The position numbers were made by a program, and so were the translations under genes. From an uncultured Candidatus Saccharibacteria bacterium (GTDB lineage: Bacteria; Patescibacteriota; Minisyncoccia; Phycocordibacterales; UBA918), in NCBI GenBank assembly GCA_964601615.1, contig CAZRNZ010000001.1, positions 7,658 to 71,657 of the forward strand: a stretch of DNA of 64,000 nucleotides. Direction: 5' to 3'. This document shows, piece after piece, positions 45,316-53,971 of this stretch. Numbering within the stretch: position 1 is the first letter of the stretch; every line of letters starts with the position of its first letter. Below the pieces are notes generated by a model. The model was given only the letters and a program-made list of their open reading frames with translations, did not search any database and was not told where the DNA came from.

Positions 45316-45927
45316 TTAGTTGGTCGGACTGATTTGCTCCGACCCTTCTCCAGAGATATATTTTAGATCAGAAAACACATCCTCAAACCCTGTGGCTTTT
45401 AAAATTTGCTTCGCTTCAATTTTAGTATCTCTTTTATCATCTAGATCAACACTTACTCTACATGCTTCTATCATTCCAGATATGTAAGCATTATCTAATT
45501 TGTGTTGTTTAGCTCCCGCAACCATAAGTGCCAAATACCAATCGTATACTGGTAAGCCACTTATATATTTTTCAGTTGGAGCAATGTATGTCCTTACATT
45601 ATTCAGTACTTTACCCTCAAAAATTACCGTAAAATCTTCTTTTACGATGTAACCACCGTTACCCCTACCTTCAGCACTGTCTAGTTTTATTATTTCGTCA
45701 CCACTATCGTCAATTTCAAATAGAACTCCATAAACAATATCAGACTCGTTGCACGTTTTTAGTAAGGTCGCTTTGGCTGAATCATCTTTACTTTCTTTGA
45801 TAAGTATTACCTTATAGCCCATAACAATTGCTTTGCCGAGAGGTTCCGCACTTGTACACCGTTTTGGTGCCTTGAGCCGTTCTGTCAGCATGTTTGAACC
45901 GTATGCGAAGTATTTCATATAGGCCAT
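45316..45927 (-). CDS. Gamma-glutamyl cyclotransferase / AIG2-like (GGCT fold) protein.
   Basis: N-terminal 'YFAYGSNM' hallmark of the GGCT/AIG2 fold, plus a downstream acidic catalytic-region candidate. Confidence 0.55.
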   Translation of the reverse strand: MAYMKYFAYGSNMLTERLKAPKRCTSAEPLGKAIVMGYKVILIKESKDDSAKATLLKTCNESDIVYGVLFEIDDSGDEIIKLDSAEGRGNGGYIVKEDFTVIFEGKVLNNVRTYIAPTEKYISGLPVYDWYLALMVAGAKQHKLDNAYISGMIEACRVSVDLDDKRDTKIEAKQILKATGFEDVFSDLKYISGEGSEQISPTN

Positions 45928-45954
45928 TATCTCTCAAAAGTGACAAAAATGACA

Positions 45955-47010
45955 CTAATTTGCAACATCACCAAATAACGAGCCTTGGTTTTTGTTCTTC
46001 TCATCGAATTTCTTTTTTTCTTTTTTTAGTTCCAAATCCTTTTTGTGTTGAACTAAATTATCATTATGGGATGTGACTCTCTTTACATACAACCTTGGTT
46101 TGCCAAATTTACCATTTACATAGTCGTAGAAGCGACTAATGTCAAAAACTACACCTATATTGTCTCCACTAGTAAATGAGATTTCTTGATTCAAGATTTG
46201 ATTTTTATATTCATCATCTTGCATATAAAAAAATATATTTTCACCATCTTCGATAATGATTTGATTGTCTTCATCGAAGACATCAGAGCCATAATAGACA
46301 CCCTTCCACGGCACACCCCTGCCATATTGCTGTTGTTTTTCGATAAATGGTTGTGATAATTGTATATTTCCAGATAAATCAATCTTTAGAAACTCTTTTT
46401 CTTTCGGAATTTCTTCTATATAGTTCTTAAAATCATCTCTTTTTATTTCAGTTTGAAATATCCTTTGTTTTTCTTCAGATATTGTCGGTTTAATACTAAG
46501 AATATCTCTGTCTGCCATTACAGACTGATAAAAAATATTTTTCTGTTTTTTAGGATAATACGAATCGCATATCTCTTCTACCTTTTGTATCTGTTCATCG
46601 CTGAGATTAAAACTTTTACATTTTTCTACTATTCCTAAAGTATTAAGGTCTGATGTAGTGTCGTTCAGTCTTATCTGACTACTAAACAATAATGCTGCCA
46701 ACAAGGTAGTAACTGCCAAAGCTACACCCTGATTATCATTTAAAAATTTAACTACTGTATGCTCTTTAAAAGAACCTTCTTCTGGAGGTAACGTTAAAAT
46801 CTCAAAATGCTCGTCTGGACACAATGTCTTTATCAAATACGATATGATCTCCACTTGTGCCAAGGCACAAGTGTTTCTGACGTGAAAATTTATTGCATGA
46901 ACATCATCACTGGTGAAGTTATAGTGTAGTTCAAGGGTTATTTCTTTTTTAGTCAAATCCGTTCCCATTTTTAACTTTTTGTATTGATATGAATCATTTC
47001 GTTTCTGCAC
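45955..47010 (-). CDS. Hypothetical soluble protein (351 aa). Start is uncertain: GTG at 47010, or ATG at 46968.
   Basis: No recognisable motifs. It is AT-rich and overlaps or abuts the upstream membrane-protein gene. Confidence 0.45.
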   Translation of the reverse strand: MQKRNDSYQYKKLKMGTDLTKKEITLELHYNFTSDDVHAINFHVRNTCALAQVEIISYLIKTLCPDEHFEILTLPPEEGSFKEHTVVKFLNDNQGVALAVTTLLAALLFSSQIRLNDTTSDLNTLGIVEKCKSFNLSDEQIQKVEEICDSYYPKKQKNIFYQSVMADRDILSIKPTISEEKQRIFQTEIKRDDFKNYIEEIPKEKEFLKIDLSGNIQLSQPFIEKQQQYGRGVPWKGVYYGSDVFDEDNQIIIEDGENIFFYMQDDEYKNQILNQEISFTSGDNIGVVFDISRFYDYVNGKFGKPRLYVKRVTSHNDNLVQHKKDLELKKEKKKFDEKNKNQGSLFGDVAN

Positions 47011-47443
47011 TAGAAATCATAAATAACCAATTCATCACTATTATTAACAAACTGACCGCTGGCAAATACGCAAAGCCACCTAATAAGAATGGGTATAAGT
47101 ACGCGCTTATGCTACCAATCCACTGATTATTCTCATCCGTAGCCAGGGCAAGAAAGAACACAACATAGGTGAAGCAGATAATTGTGGACACCAATATCCA
47201 GGTTAAATAATCTAACTGTCGACTAGATAATTTGTATTTTTGCCACTCAAAAACCAAATAGTTGGTAACGGCAAAAAATATAATCATGCCGGACTGCAAA
47301 ATAATCCCACTAGTCTCCTTAGGCTCAGTTCCAGCAAAACTAAATATTGCTTCAATTACTACTGGGAAAAACACAGCCAGCATTACCACTAATTGTATTT
47401 TCTTTTCGACGCTCTTTATCTTTTCCTTGACTGTTAATTCCAT
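46994..47443 (-). CDS. Small four-TM membrane protein (149 aa).
   Basis: Four hydrophobic helices (LVVMLAVFFPVVIEAIF, IIFFAVTNYLVF, ILVSTIICFTYVVFFLAL, LLGGFAYLPAVSLLIIVMNWLF). Confidence 0.5.
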   Translation of the reverse strand: MELTVKEKIKSVEKKIQLVVMLAVFFPVVIEAIFSFAGTEPKETSGIILQSGMIIFFAVTNYLVFEWQKYKLSSRQLDYLTWILVSTIICFTYVVFFLALATDENNQWIGSISAYLYPFLLGGFAYLPAVSLLIIVMNWLFMISSAETK

Positions 47444-47907
47444 ACATCACTTCTGTTTATCTATCAGCTTCAATAAATCCTCCTCTTTCTCATAGGCTCT
47501 CAATCTACCCTTCCAGCACACCCAGTCGATAACTCACACCATCGGTGGTTAAACGCCAATTGGCATCGGACAAGGGCCGAACGAATTAGTTTCTCTAGAG
47601 ACTTCTTGCTGTCGTACTCTTCTCGTTCTCCCTTTTGTCATACACGACGAAGGGAACAACAACCTAATGGGTCTTTGAGCTGAAGCTGTACGTAGTCAAC
47701 TTCGCTAGCGATGGGAGTCAAAAGCTCCTCTAGCTCCATAATACGTATTTTTCAGGTTTTTGCTACAACTCCTTCTATATACTTCTAACTATTTCCGTAT
47801 ACATAATCTCCTTTTGTGGCACAGAATAACGTTTTCGAAAAACGTCATTTTTGGGTACATAATTGAAATTATCAAGAGGAAAATCCAACTCCTTTTTATG
47901 ACAGTAA

Positions 47908-47936
47908 AACAGTCTCAAATTGAGACTGTTTTTGTA
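47908..47936. terminator. Hairpin terminator, usable in both orientations, downstream of tRNA-Glu on the minus strand.
   Basis: aacagtctcaa-att-gagactgtt followed by tttgt (plus strand) or tttact (minus strand). Confidence 0.5.
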
Positions 47937-47980
47937 TGCTAGTTCTGATCCTTCTCGAGTGCTCGAACTTGCACTCTACT

Positions 47981-48055
47981 TGGTGACCCCACGGGAAATC
48001 GAATCCCGATTTCTGCCGTGAGAGGGCAGCGTCCTAACCGTTAGACGATGGGGCC
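47981..48055 (-). tRNA. tRNA-Glu (anticodon CUC), with an encoded CCA end.
   Basis: The minus-strand sequence GGCCCCATCGTCTAACGGTTAGGACGCTGCCCTCTCACGGCAGAAATCGGGATTCGATTTCCCGTGGGGTCACCA folds into a cloverleaf (7-bp acceptor stem, anticodon loop CUCUCAC, T-loop TTCGATT). Confidence 0.8.
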
Positions 48056-48060
48056 AAAAT

Positions 48061-48137
48061 GTACAAGACCATTTCGTCGTTAGAGGGATGGTTGATTTGG
48101 GAAATCAACCATCCGACACCTTATAGACGATAGGGCC
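48061..48137 (-). pseudogene. Degenerate copy of the tRNA-Glu 5' half, followed by a perfect 13-bp-stem palindrome. It is not a foldable tRNA.
   Basis: The minus-strand sequence GGCCCTATCGTCTATAAGG matches tRNA-Glu GGCCCCATCGTCTAACGG at 14 of the first 15 positions and then diverges. A perfect 13-bp-stem palindrome (ggatggttgattt-ggg-aaatcaaccatcc) sits at 48086-48114. No T-loop or acceptor pairing is present. Confidence 0.3.
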
Positions 48138-48195
48138 AGTGGGCATATTTATAACAAATATTCTTGGTTTCGGGAAGAGATAGGGATTTAAAATA

Positions 48196-48226
48196 AACAG
48201 GCCGGAGCGAAGCTCCGGCCTGTTTT
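48196..48226. terminator. Bidirectional terminator.
   Basis: aaacaggccggagc-gaag-ctccggcctgtttt. Confidence 0.6.
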
Positions 48227-48240
48227 AAATCTAATCCAGA

Positions 48241-48993
48241 TTATCTGTTTGTAGAAAATTCTTCTACATCACCACAAGTGATAACATTTCTGTTGTTGTC
48301 ATTTATGAATCCAACACAGATGCTGAAGAAATAATCTTCATTTCTCTCCAGGTTGCTTACAGTTGCTGTGAAGTTATTGTTTCCATTAACTTGTCCGCTA
48401 ATTCTCACTTTCTCTAGACGATCAGTACGAGTACGAACATTGCTGTAGCTTGTGAAGTCATCTTCTACTTCTTCAACAAGATATTCGTCTGTTCCGTAAA
48501 CGAAGAATACTTCCCCGTTTCTGAAATCGTTCATATCTACTCTACCGCGTAGTTGAGCAGAATTACGACTGATACTGGTGGCATTATTTGTGAAAGCTTC
48601 CGGTTCATCATCACGGTAATCTCTGTCGTTGTAGCGATCGTTGTTTCTACTGTTTCTACCACTTCTTGGTTCACCTACAACCTGATTGTATTTTGTATTG
48701 TAGTTGTAATCGTAATTTGATTGGTAGTAATTTGAATTTCTTCTTTGGTCATTAATTTGAGCCTGAAGTTGAATAATCAGTTGTCTCAAATATGATTCCA
48801 ATTGAGCATTGCTCATTACAGTTGTGTTGCTCTGGTAGGTATTGAAGCTACTTGGAACATAGTAATAATTTGTTTGTGCACTCACATTATCCGTTGGCAC
48901 AGCTACTAAAGTAGCTGCAAAAACAACGAAAAATATAGCAATAAAACTCTTTTTCATATAAAGGTAAAGTACACCGAAATATGAAAAAGTCAA
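48241..48993 (-). CDS. Secreted low-complexity (Asn/Tyr/Arg-rich) hypothetical protein.
   Basis: Signal peptide KKSFIAIFFVVFAATLVAV. Region rich in N, Y, Q, R and D. Confidence 0.45.
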   Translation of the reverse strand: MTFSYFGVLYLYMKKSFIAIFFVVFAATLVAVPTDNVSAQTNYYYVPSSFNTYQSNTTVMSNAQLESYLRQLIIQLQAQINDQRRNSNYYQSNYDYNYNTKYNQVVGEPRSGRNSRNNDRYNDRDYRDDEPEAFTNNATSISRNSAQLRGRVDMNDFRNGEVFFVYGTDEYLVEEVEDDFTSYSNVRTRTDRLEKVRISGQVNGNNNFTATVSNLERNEDYFFSICVGFINDNNRNVITCGDVEEFSTNR

Positions 48994-49066
48994 TGTCTGC
49001 TATAAGGTATTTTCTCTTAAAATATATTCTCAGGAAACCGGTCCTCGCTACGCTGCGGGGCTTCCT

Positions 49067-50356
49067 TTAAATATCTTGCCAAGCGCGACTTTGTCTAACT
49101 AGTAGCTTTTCAGCATTTTCTGGCTCACGCATTATGTCCAAAACTATCTTTTCCATGCGCATTCCTTGAGAACCTTTGATTAGGAGGAGGTCTCCTGGTT
49201 GAATAAAGTTTTGCAATTCCCTGCCTGCACGCTCAGATTCGTCGTATTGAATGATATTCTTTTCGCTCATTCCTGCCTTTAGAGCACCATCTGCAACTCT
49301 TTGTGAACGAACTCCTACAGTTACCAAGATATCAGCACATTCTGCCACTTGTTCACCAGCTTCCTCATGTTCTTTTACAGAAAATCTTCCTAGTTCCAAC
49401 ATGTCACCGATTACGGCAATCTTGCGTTGGAATCCGGTCATTTCGTGCATAGTTGATAGGGCTCTATCGAGAGCTGTTGGTGAAGAGTTGTAGGTGTCAT
49501 CAATTATGACGGTATTTTTTATTCCCTCGATAACTCTCATTCGGCCAGGAGCTGGTGTGAAGTCGGTTAATTTTTCTGCCACTTTAGATAATGGGATTTC
49601 CAGTAAGTGCGCTACTGCGCAAGCAGCAGCAAAGTTGTAGATATGACCAACACCTACTACACCTTCAAGATAAAAATCGGCTGAGTCCTCATTGTGTGTG
49701 ATTGTGAAGCTGGTTCCTGTTGGGATTCCATTTGCATAAACAATTTTGTCAGCTGTCGCCATAAAATCGGCAGAAGAATAACGACTGAAAGAGTAAGACT
49801 TTTGTCTTACTGTACCAGCAACTTGGCAAACTTTTTCGTCATCGTTGTTATAGATAAAAACTCCTTCAGTAGCTAAAGCTTCAACCAAGGTAACTTTTTC
49901 TTTGATTACATCATCTGGTGAAGCGAAGTACTCTACATGTACTGGTACATCAGGTAGACGGGTCAAAATAACTGCGTCAGGCTTTATCCAAGAAGTTAAT
50001 CTTGCCATATCTCCTGGTCTGTCTACTCCCATTTCCAAAACTAATACCTCAGGATATTTCCCTGGGAACAAAACCAAGAACAATCCTTCAATAATATTTT
50101 TGAGCCAAAGAATTGGATTTTGCCACGCATTATCTAAGCCAAGAATTGTTAAAGCGACACCAATGTCGGAGTTGTAGCTCTTCTCACTTTTACGTGCACT
50201 AACAGAATCTTTGATGGCATGAAAAACCGCATCTTTGGTTGTGGTTTTTCCGACACTACCTGTGATAGCAATTATTTTTGGTTGAGTACGTTTAAGTAAA
50301 TATTTTGCCTCAGCGGTCAAAATATTTACTACTACAGATTTAAAAAATGTTTTCAT
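49067..50356 (-). CDS. murF: UDP-N-acetylmuramoyl-tripeptide--D-alanyl-D-alanine ligase MurF.
   Basis: ITGSVGKTTTKD P-loop and Mur ligase middle and C-terminal domains. Confidence 0.85.
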   Translation of the reverse strand: MKTFFKSVVVNILTAEAKYLLKRTQPKIIAITGSVGKTTTKDAVFHAIKDSVSARKSEKSYNSDIGVALTILGLDNAWQNPILWLKNIIEGLFLVLFPGKYPEVLVLEMGVDRPGDMARLTSWIKPDAVILTRLPDVPVHVEYFASPDDVIKEKVTLVEALATEGVFIYNNDDEKVCQVAGTVRQKSYSFSRYSSADFMATADKIVYANGIPTGTSFTITHNEDSADFYLEGVVGVGHIYNFAAACAVAHLLEIPLSKVAEKLTDFTPAPGRMRVIEGIKNTVIIDDTYNSSPTALDRALSTMHEMTGFQRKIAVIGDMLELGRFSVKEHEEAGEQVAECADILVTVGVRSQRVADGALKAGMSEKNIIQYDESERAGRELQNFIQPGDLLLIKGSQGMRMEKIVLDIMREPENAEKLLVRQSRAWQDI

Positions 50357-50360
50357 AAGT

Positions 50361-52100
50361 TTATCTATCAGGAGGAATACTGTAATAGTTTATCAAGAAT
50401 TTCGCGATGTCCATAAAGGAATCAGTCAAAGTCTCTGAAGCGTAAGTTACACCTTTAGGATCTTCGGTGTACAAAAATACAAGAAATTCCGGATCATAAG
50501 ATGGGAAATAGCCAAAAAACGAGTGTAAATAACGGTCATCGTAGTATCCACCCTCAGGTCTGGTCATTTGAGCGGTCCCTGTCTTGGCAGCAATTGTGTG
50601 ATCTTTTAGTTTTACTTCACCATTTTTTAGCGCTTCGTCCACTACCCTGGTAAGCATTCTTGAGACATCTTCGCTAGTTTTTTCACTCCAAACTCGCTCA
50701 CCTACTTTTGGTGTAAGAACTTTTTTTGTACCATCTTCATATTCAATTGCACTTACTATATGTGGTGAAATTAACACTCCACCATTACCTAAAGCTGAAA
50801 GAGCTTTTACTGCAGCAATTGGAGTTGTAGCAATACCTTGTCCGTAAGAAGCGGTAGCGTATTCAATATCTCGTGGTGAGTTTAAGTTCTCTACATCACC
50901 TTTAATTTCACCCGGCAAATCAATGCCAGTAACATCACCTAATCCTAGCTTTAAGAAATAATCTCTAAACAAATTTTTCCCCATTGTTTTTACAATAAAG
51001 GCCACACCAGTGTTGAGAGATTTACTGAGAACAACTTGCATATCAACTACTCCACGACCCATCTTGTCGTAGTTGCTAATAGTCCAAGTATCCATCTTGA
51101 GTGAACCTGTATCGTTGTAGGTTGTGGATGGAGAAATTCTGCCACTATCTAAACCAGCTGCAACAGTAAGTGCTTTTATAATACTTCCTAGCTCATACCG
51201 TTCTTCCACAAGCGGATTGCTGAAGTGATCTATCGGACTGCCTGTACGGTTGTTGGGATCAAAAGTCGGTACAGCATCAATTGCATAAATCGCACCAGTT
51301 TTTGGATTGATAATAATTCCACCAGTTAAGCGACTTCCCCATTTGTCTTGAATCTCAAGTAATTCATTTTGAAGTAAACGAGATACTGTTGGCTCAATGG
51401 TAGTAACAACATCACCTTTTTTGTGAGTATTCTCTTCGAGAACATTTTGACCAAGATTAGTAAAAAGTTCAGCAAAAAAGTTTACTGAAAGTCGGTTACT
51501 GTCACGACTTAAAGTTTCTTCATGGAAGCGCTCCAAACCGTATCTTCCAACAGGTTGTTCACCTTCTTCTTTTCCAGCAAAGCCAACAAAACCAACAGTT
51601 CTGGCTGCTAATGAACCAGCTGGATAATAACGCCATCTTTGGCGGTTTAGTTGTACGCCACGCAAGTCCATAGCCTTAATAGTCATGGCTTCTTCTTCAG
51701 TGAGTTCAGATCTGATTTCTACGTAAATACGGTTTGGTAACTTTGCTCGATATAAAAATATGTCACGTTCAATTAGTAGGTATGGAGAAAGAGATTTATA
51801 TAACTCTTCAGGATTTTCAATCCTGCTTGGATCTATAGCTAAAACATATCCACTCTGTACAGTAGCAGCACTCACCTTTTCTCCATCACGAGTAGTGAAA
51901 TAAACTGTCCCGCGGTCGTATAAATCCCTTACTGTATGTATATATTGATTTTCACCACGAGCTATATAAGAATCGTGACTAATTATCTGAAGGTAATACA
52001 GACGACCGACCAAAACCAAACCAACCGCCATAACAATGCCAGTAATAATTCTGATTCGTTTGACTGATTGGTTTCTGGAACTCATTTCTGTTGCGGCCAA
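50361..52100 (-). CDS. ftsI: Penicillin-binding protein (FtsI/PBP3-like transpeptidase).
   Basis: N-terminal TM segment. SxxK (SIIKAL), SxN and KTGT motifs. It sits in the mraZ-rsmH-ftsL context. Confidence 0.8.
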   Translation of the reverse strand: MAATEMSSRNQSVKRIRIITGIVMAVGLVLVGRLYYLQIISHDSYIARGENQYIHTVRDLYDRGTVYFTTRDGEKVSAATVQSGYVLAIDPSRIENPEELYKSLSPYLLIERDIFLYRAKLPNRIYVEIRSELTEEEAMTIKAMDLRGVQLNRQRWRYYPAGSLAARTVGFVGFAGKEEGEQPVGRYGLERFHEETLSRDSNRLSVNFFAELFTNLGQNVLEENTHKKGDVVTTIEPTVSRLLQNELLEIQDKWGSRLTGGIIINPKTGAIYAIDAVPTFDPNNRTGSPIDHFSNPLVEERYELGSIIKALTVAAGLDSGRISPSTTYNDTGSLKMDTWTISNYDKMGRGVVDMQVVLSKSLNTGVAFIVKTMGKNLFRDYFLKLGLGDVTGIDLPGEIKGDVENLNSPRDIEYATASYGQGIATTPIAAVKALSALGNGGVLISPHIVSAIEYEDGTKKVLTPKVGERVWSEKTSEDVSRMLTRVVDEALKNGEVKLKDHTIAAKTGTAQMTRPEGGYYDDRYLHSFFGYFPSYDPEFLVFLYTEDPKGVTYASETLTDSFMDIAKFLINYYSIPPDR

Positions 52101-52106
52101 CCTTAA

Positions 52107-52424
52107 TTATCTTTGAGTAAATAGACTTGTGTTTGAACGATCAATGAAGATTTTTTTACTAGCAGAAATGTAGCCACTTTGTTCTACAACTTCACGAGAA
52201 AGAGAGTTTTGAATTTCCATATACTCGGCCTCTAAGGCAGCTATATCGGAATTAACTTTATGAATATTTGTTTCAGCTTCCTTACTGATTACTACATGAA
52301 CCACACTAGTAGATAAAAAATACATATACAAAACGCATAAAGCAGAGAAGGCAACAAAGGCAATTGCCAATATTAGTTGCTCGAATCTGTATTGCATTGT
52401 GCTTACTAGTGCAAAGTTGTTCAT
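52107..52424 (-). CDS. FtsL-like small bitopic cell-division protein.
   Basis: 105-aa protein with a single TM segment and a coiled coil, located between rsmH and ftsI. Confidence 0.5.
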   Translation of the reverse strand: MNNFALVSTMQYRFEQLILAIAFVAFSALCVLYMYFLSTSVVHVVISKEAETNIHKVNSDIAALEAEYMEIQNSLSREVVEQSGYISASKKIFIDRSNTSLFTQR

Positions 52425-53320
52425 AATTTTTCTATAACTCTTAGTTTTGCGCTTCTTGAGCGTGGGTTTTCATCTCTTTCTGCTTCTCCAGCTACAATTG
52501 GCTTCTTGATAAGTTTGAGGGCTTTGTCATCTTGTATCAATTGATTGAAGAATTGCTTAACTATCCTATCTTCCAAGCTGTGGAAGGATATTATTGCTAG
52601 TCGGCCGCCAGAATCTAGAGATTCAAATCCGTCACTGAGTAGTGTTTTTAAAACACCAAGCTCGTCATTGACGGTGATTCTGATTGCTTGAAAAGTTTTG
52701 GTTGCCGGATGGATTTTTAGTCGGCGATAAAAAGCTGGGACAGCTTCGGTTACTATGTCTGCTAATTGTTTGGAAGTTTTTATTCTTCCCTTTTTTCTAG
52801 CTTCTACAATAAACTTGGCTATACGACGCGCTTGGCGTTCTTCACCGTATCCATAAATGATATCGGCGATAGAATTTTCTTCCCAATCATTGACGATTTC
52901 TTCAGCGGTAAATAATCGTGTTTCTGGATCGCCAAAGGTCATGAGTAGAGGTTCATCTTTCATAAAAGAAAAACCTTTGCCACCGTCTTCAAATTGGTCT
53001 GTACGCCAACCTAGGTCTGCCAGAATAGCAGTTGGTTTTATTTCTAGGTCAGAAACAATATTTTTTAGGTTAGAAAAATTATCGTTTACCAAGTGAATTT
53101 CAGCGTCAGTATTTTCTTTTAAGTCAGAAGCTTTTTCGATAGCTACTCTATCAGCATCTATGCCAACATACTTCCCTCCTCTTCCAAGTAGTTTAATTAT
53201 TTCTCTACCGTGACCGCCACCACCTAAGGTGCAGTCCACAACAATACTGTCTGGCTTAATTGCCAGTACAGATACTGAATCTTCGAGTAATACGGGAATA
53301 TGTTTTGGACCAAGACTCAT
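52421..53320 (-). CDS. rsmH: 16S rRNA (cytosine1402-N4)-methyltransferase RsmH (MraW).
   Basis: HIPVLL...VDCTLGGGGH SAM-binding motif. Confidence 0.9.
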   Translation of the reverse strand: MSLGPKHIPVLLEDSVSVLAIKPDSIVVDCTLGGGGHGREIIKLLGRGGKYVGIDADRVAIEKASDLKENTDAEIHLVNDNFSNLKNIVSDLEIKPTAILADLGWRTDQFEDGGKGFSFMKDEPLLMTFGDPETRLFTAEEIVNDWEENSIADIIYGYGEERQARRIAKFIVEARKKGRIKTSKQLADIVTEAVPAFYRRLKIHPATKTFQAIRITVNDELGVLKTLLSDGFESLDSGGRLAIISFHSLEDRIVKQFFNQLIQDDKALKLIKKPIVAGEAERDENPRSRSAKLRVIEKL

Positions 53321-53751
53321 AGCACACCAATGGAACCTAACTTTTCTGCCAAACTGTCAGCTTGTTCTTCAATCTTCTTTTTATAGTCATTCCACTTTTC
53401 TTCATCCCAGATTTCGATGCGGTCATGAATACCAGCGAGTACAACTTTGCTATTTAGTTTGGCAAAGTCTTTTAGGAAATCCGGAACAAGAATTCTTCCG
53501 TTTTTATCAACCTCCACTTCAACAGCTCCTGATAAGAAGAAGCGATTGAAGTCCCTAGTATCCGCTGCCCCGAATGGCAAAGATGAAATCTTGTCGGTAA
53601 TCTTTTGCCAAGCTTCGAGCGGATAAACGAATAGACAGTTATCTAGACCTTTTGTTACAACCAGTTCTTTTCCTAGCTTTGCACGCCATTTAGAAGGCAG
53701 TGAGAGCCTTTTCTTGGTGTCTAAGCTGTGGATGTATTCACCGATTAACAT
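53317..53751 (-). CDS. mraZ: Transcriptional regulator MraZ.
   Basis: Duplicated DxxxR-containing MraZ halves (LDTKKRLSLP / VDKNGRILVP). Confidence 0.85.
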   Translation of the reverse strand: MLIGEYIHSLDTKKRLSLPSKWRAKLGKELVVTKGLDNCLFVYPLEAWQKITDKISSLPFGAADTRDFNRFFLSGAVEVEVDKNGRILVPDFLKDFAKLNSKVVLAGIHDRIEIWDEEKWNDYKKKIEEQADSLAEKLGSIGVL

Positions 53752-53971
53752 AAGAGTACTAAAAACCGAGTTATGACTCTGTTTCCAGAATTATAACCCA
53801 CTATTTCCCACCACACCACTACTATACACCACTTTGACCCACACAAGTACTAAAAAGGTGCTTTATTGTGGACAAGTACTAAAATTTAATAATTTACTTT
53901 GACATTTACATCTAAATATGCTATAATAAAAAGAGTAAAGGTTTAACTTCATTCTCTAAAGGAGAGATGAA

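Noticed and set aside
45955-47443. Kiwa-like assignment (KwaA 4-TM protein plus KwaB) for the membrane-protein and 351-aa-protein pair.
   Set aside because: The assignment rests only on the two-gene architecture of a 4-TM protein plus a ~350-aa soluble protein. I recognised no sequence signature of DUF4868/KwaB. It is left as an untested possibility.
47760-47942. 60-aa plus-strand ORF between the island and tRNA-Glu.
   Set aside because: The ORF contains the 47908-47936 terminator hairpin inside its coding region and has no RBS. It is more likely non-coding.
48061-48137. A second intact tRNA gene beside tRNA-Glu.
   Set aside because: Only the first ~15 nt resemble a tRNA. I could form no D-stem partner, T-loop (TTCRA) or acceptor pairing. 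It is better explained as a tRNA-Glu 5'-half remnant plus a palindrome.
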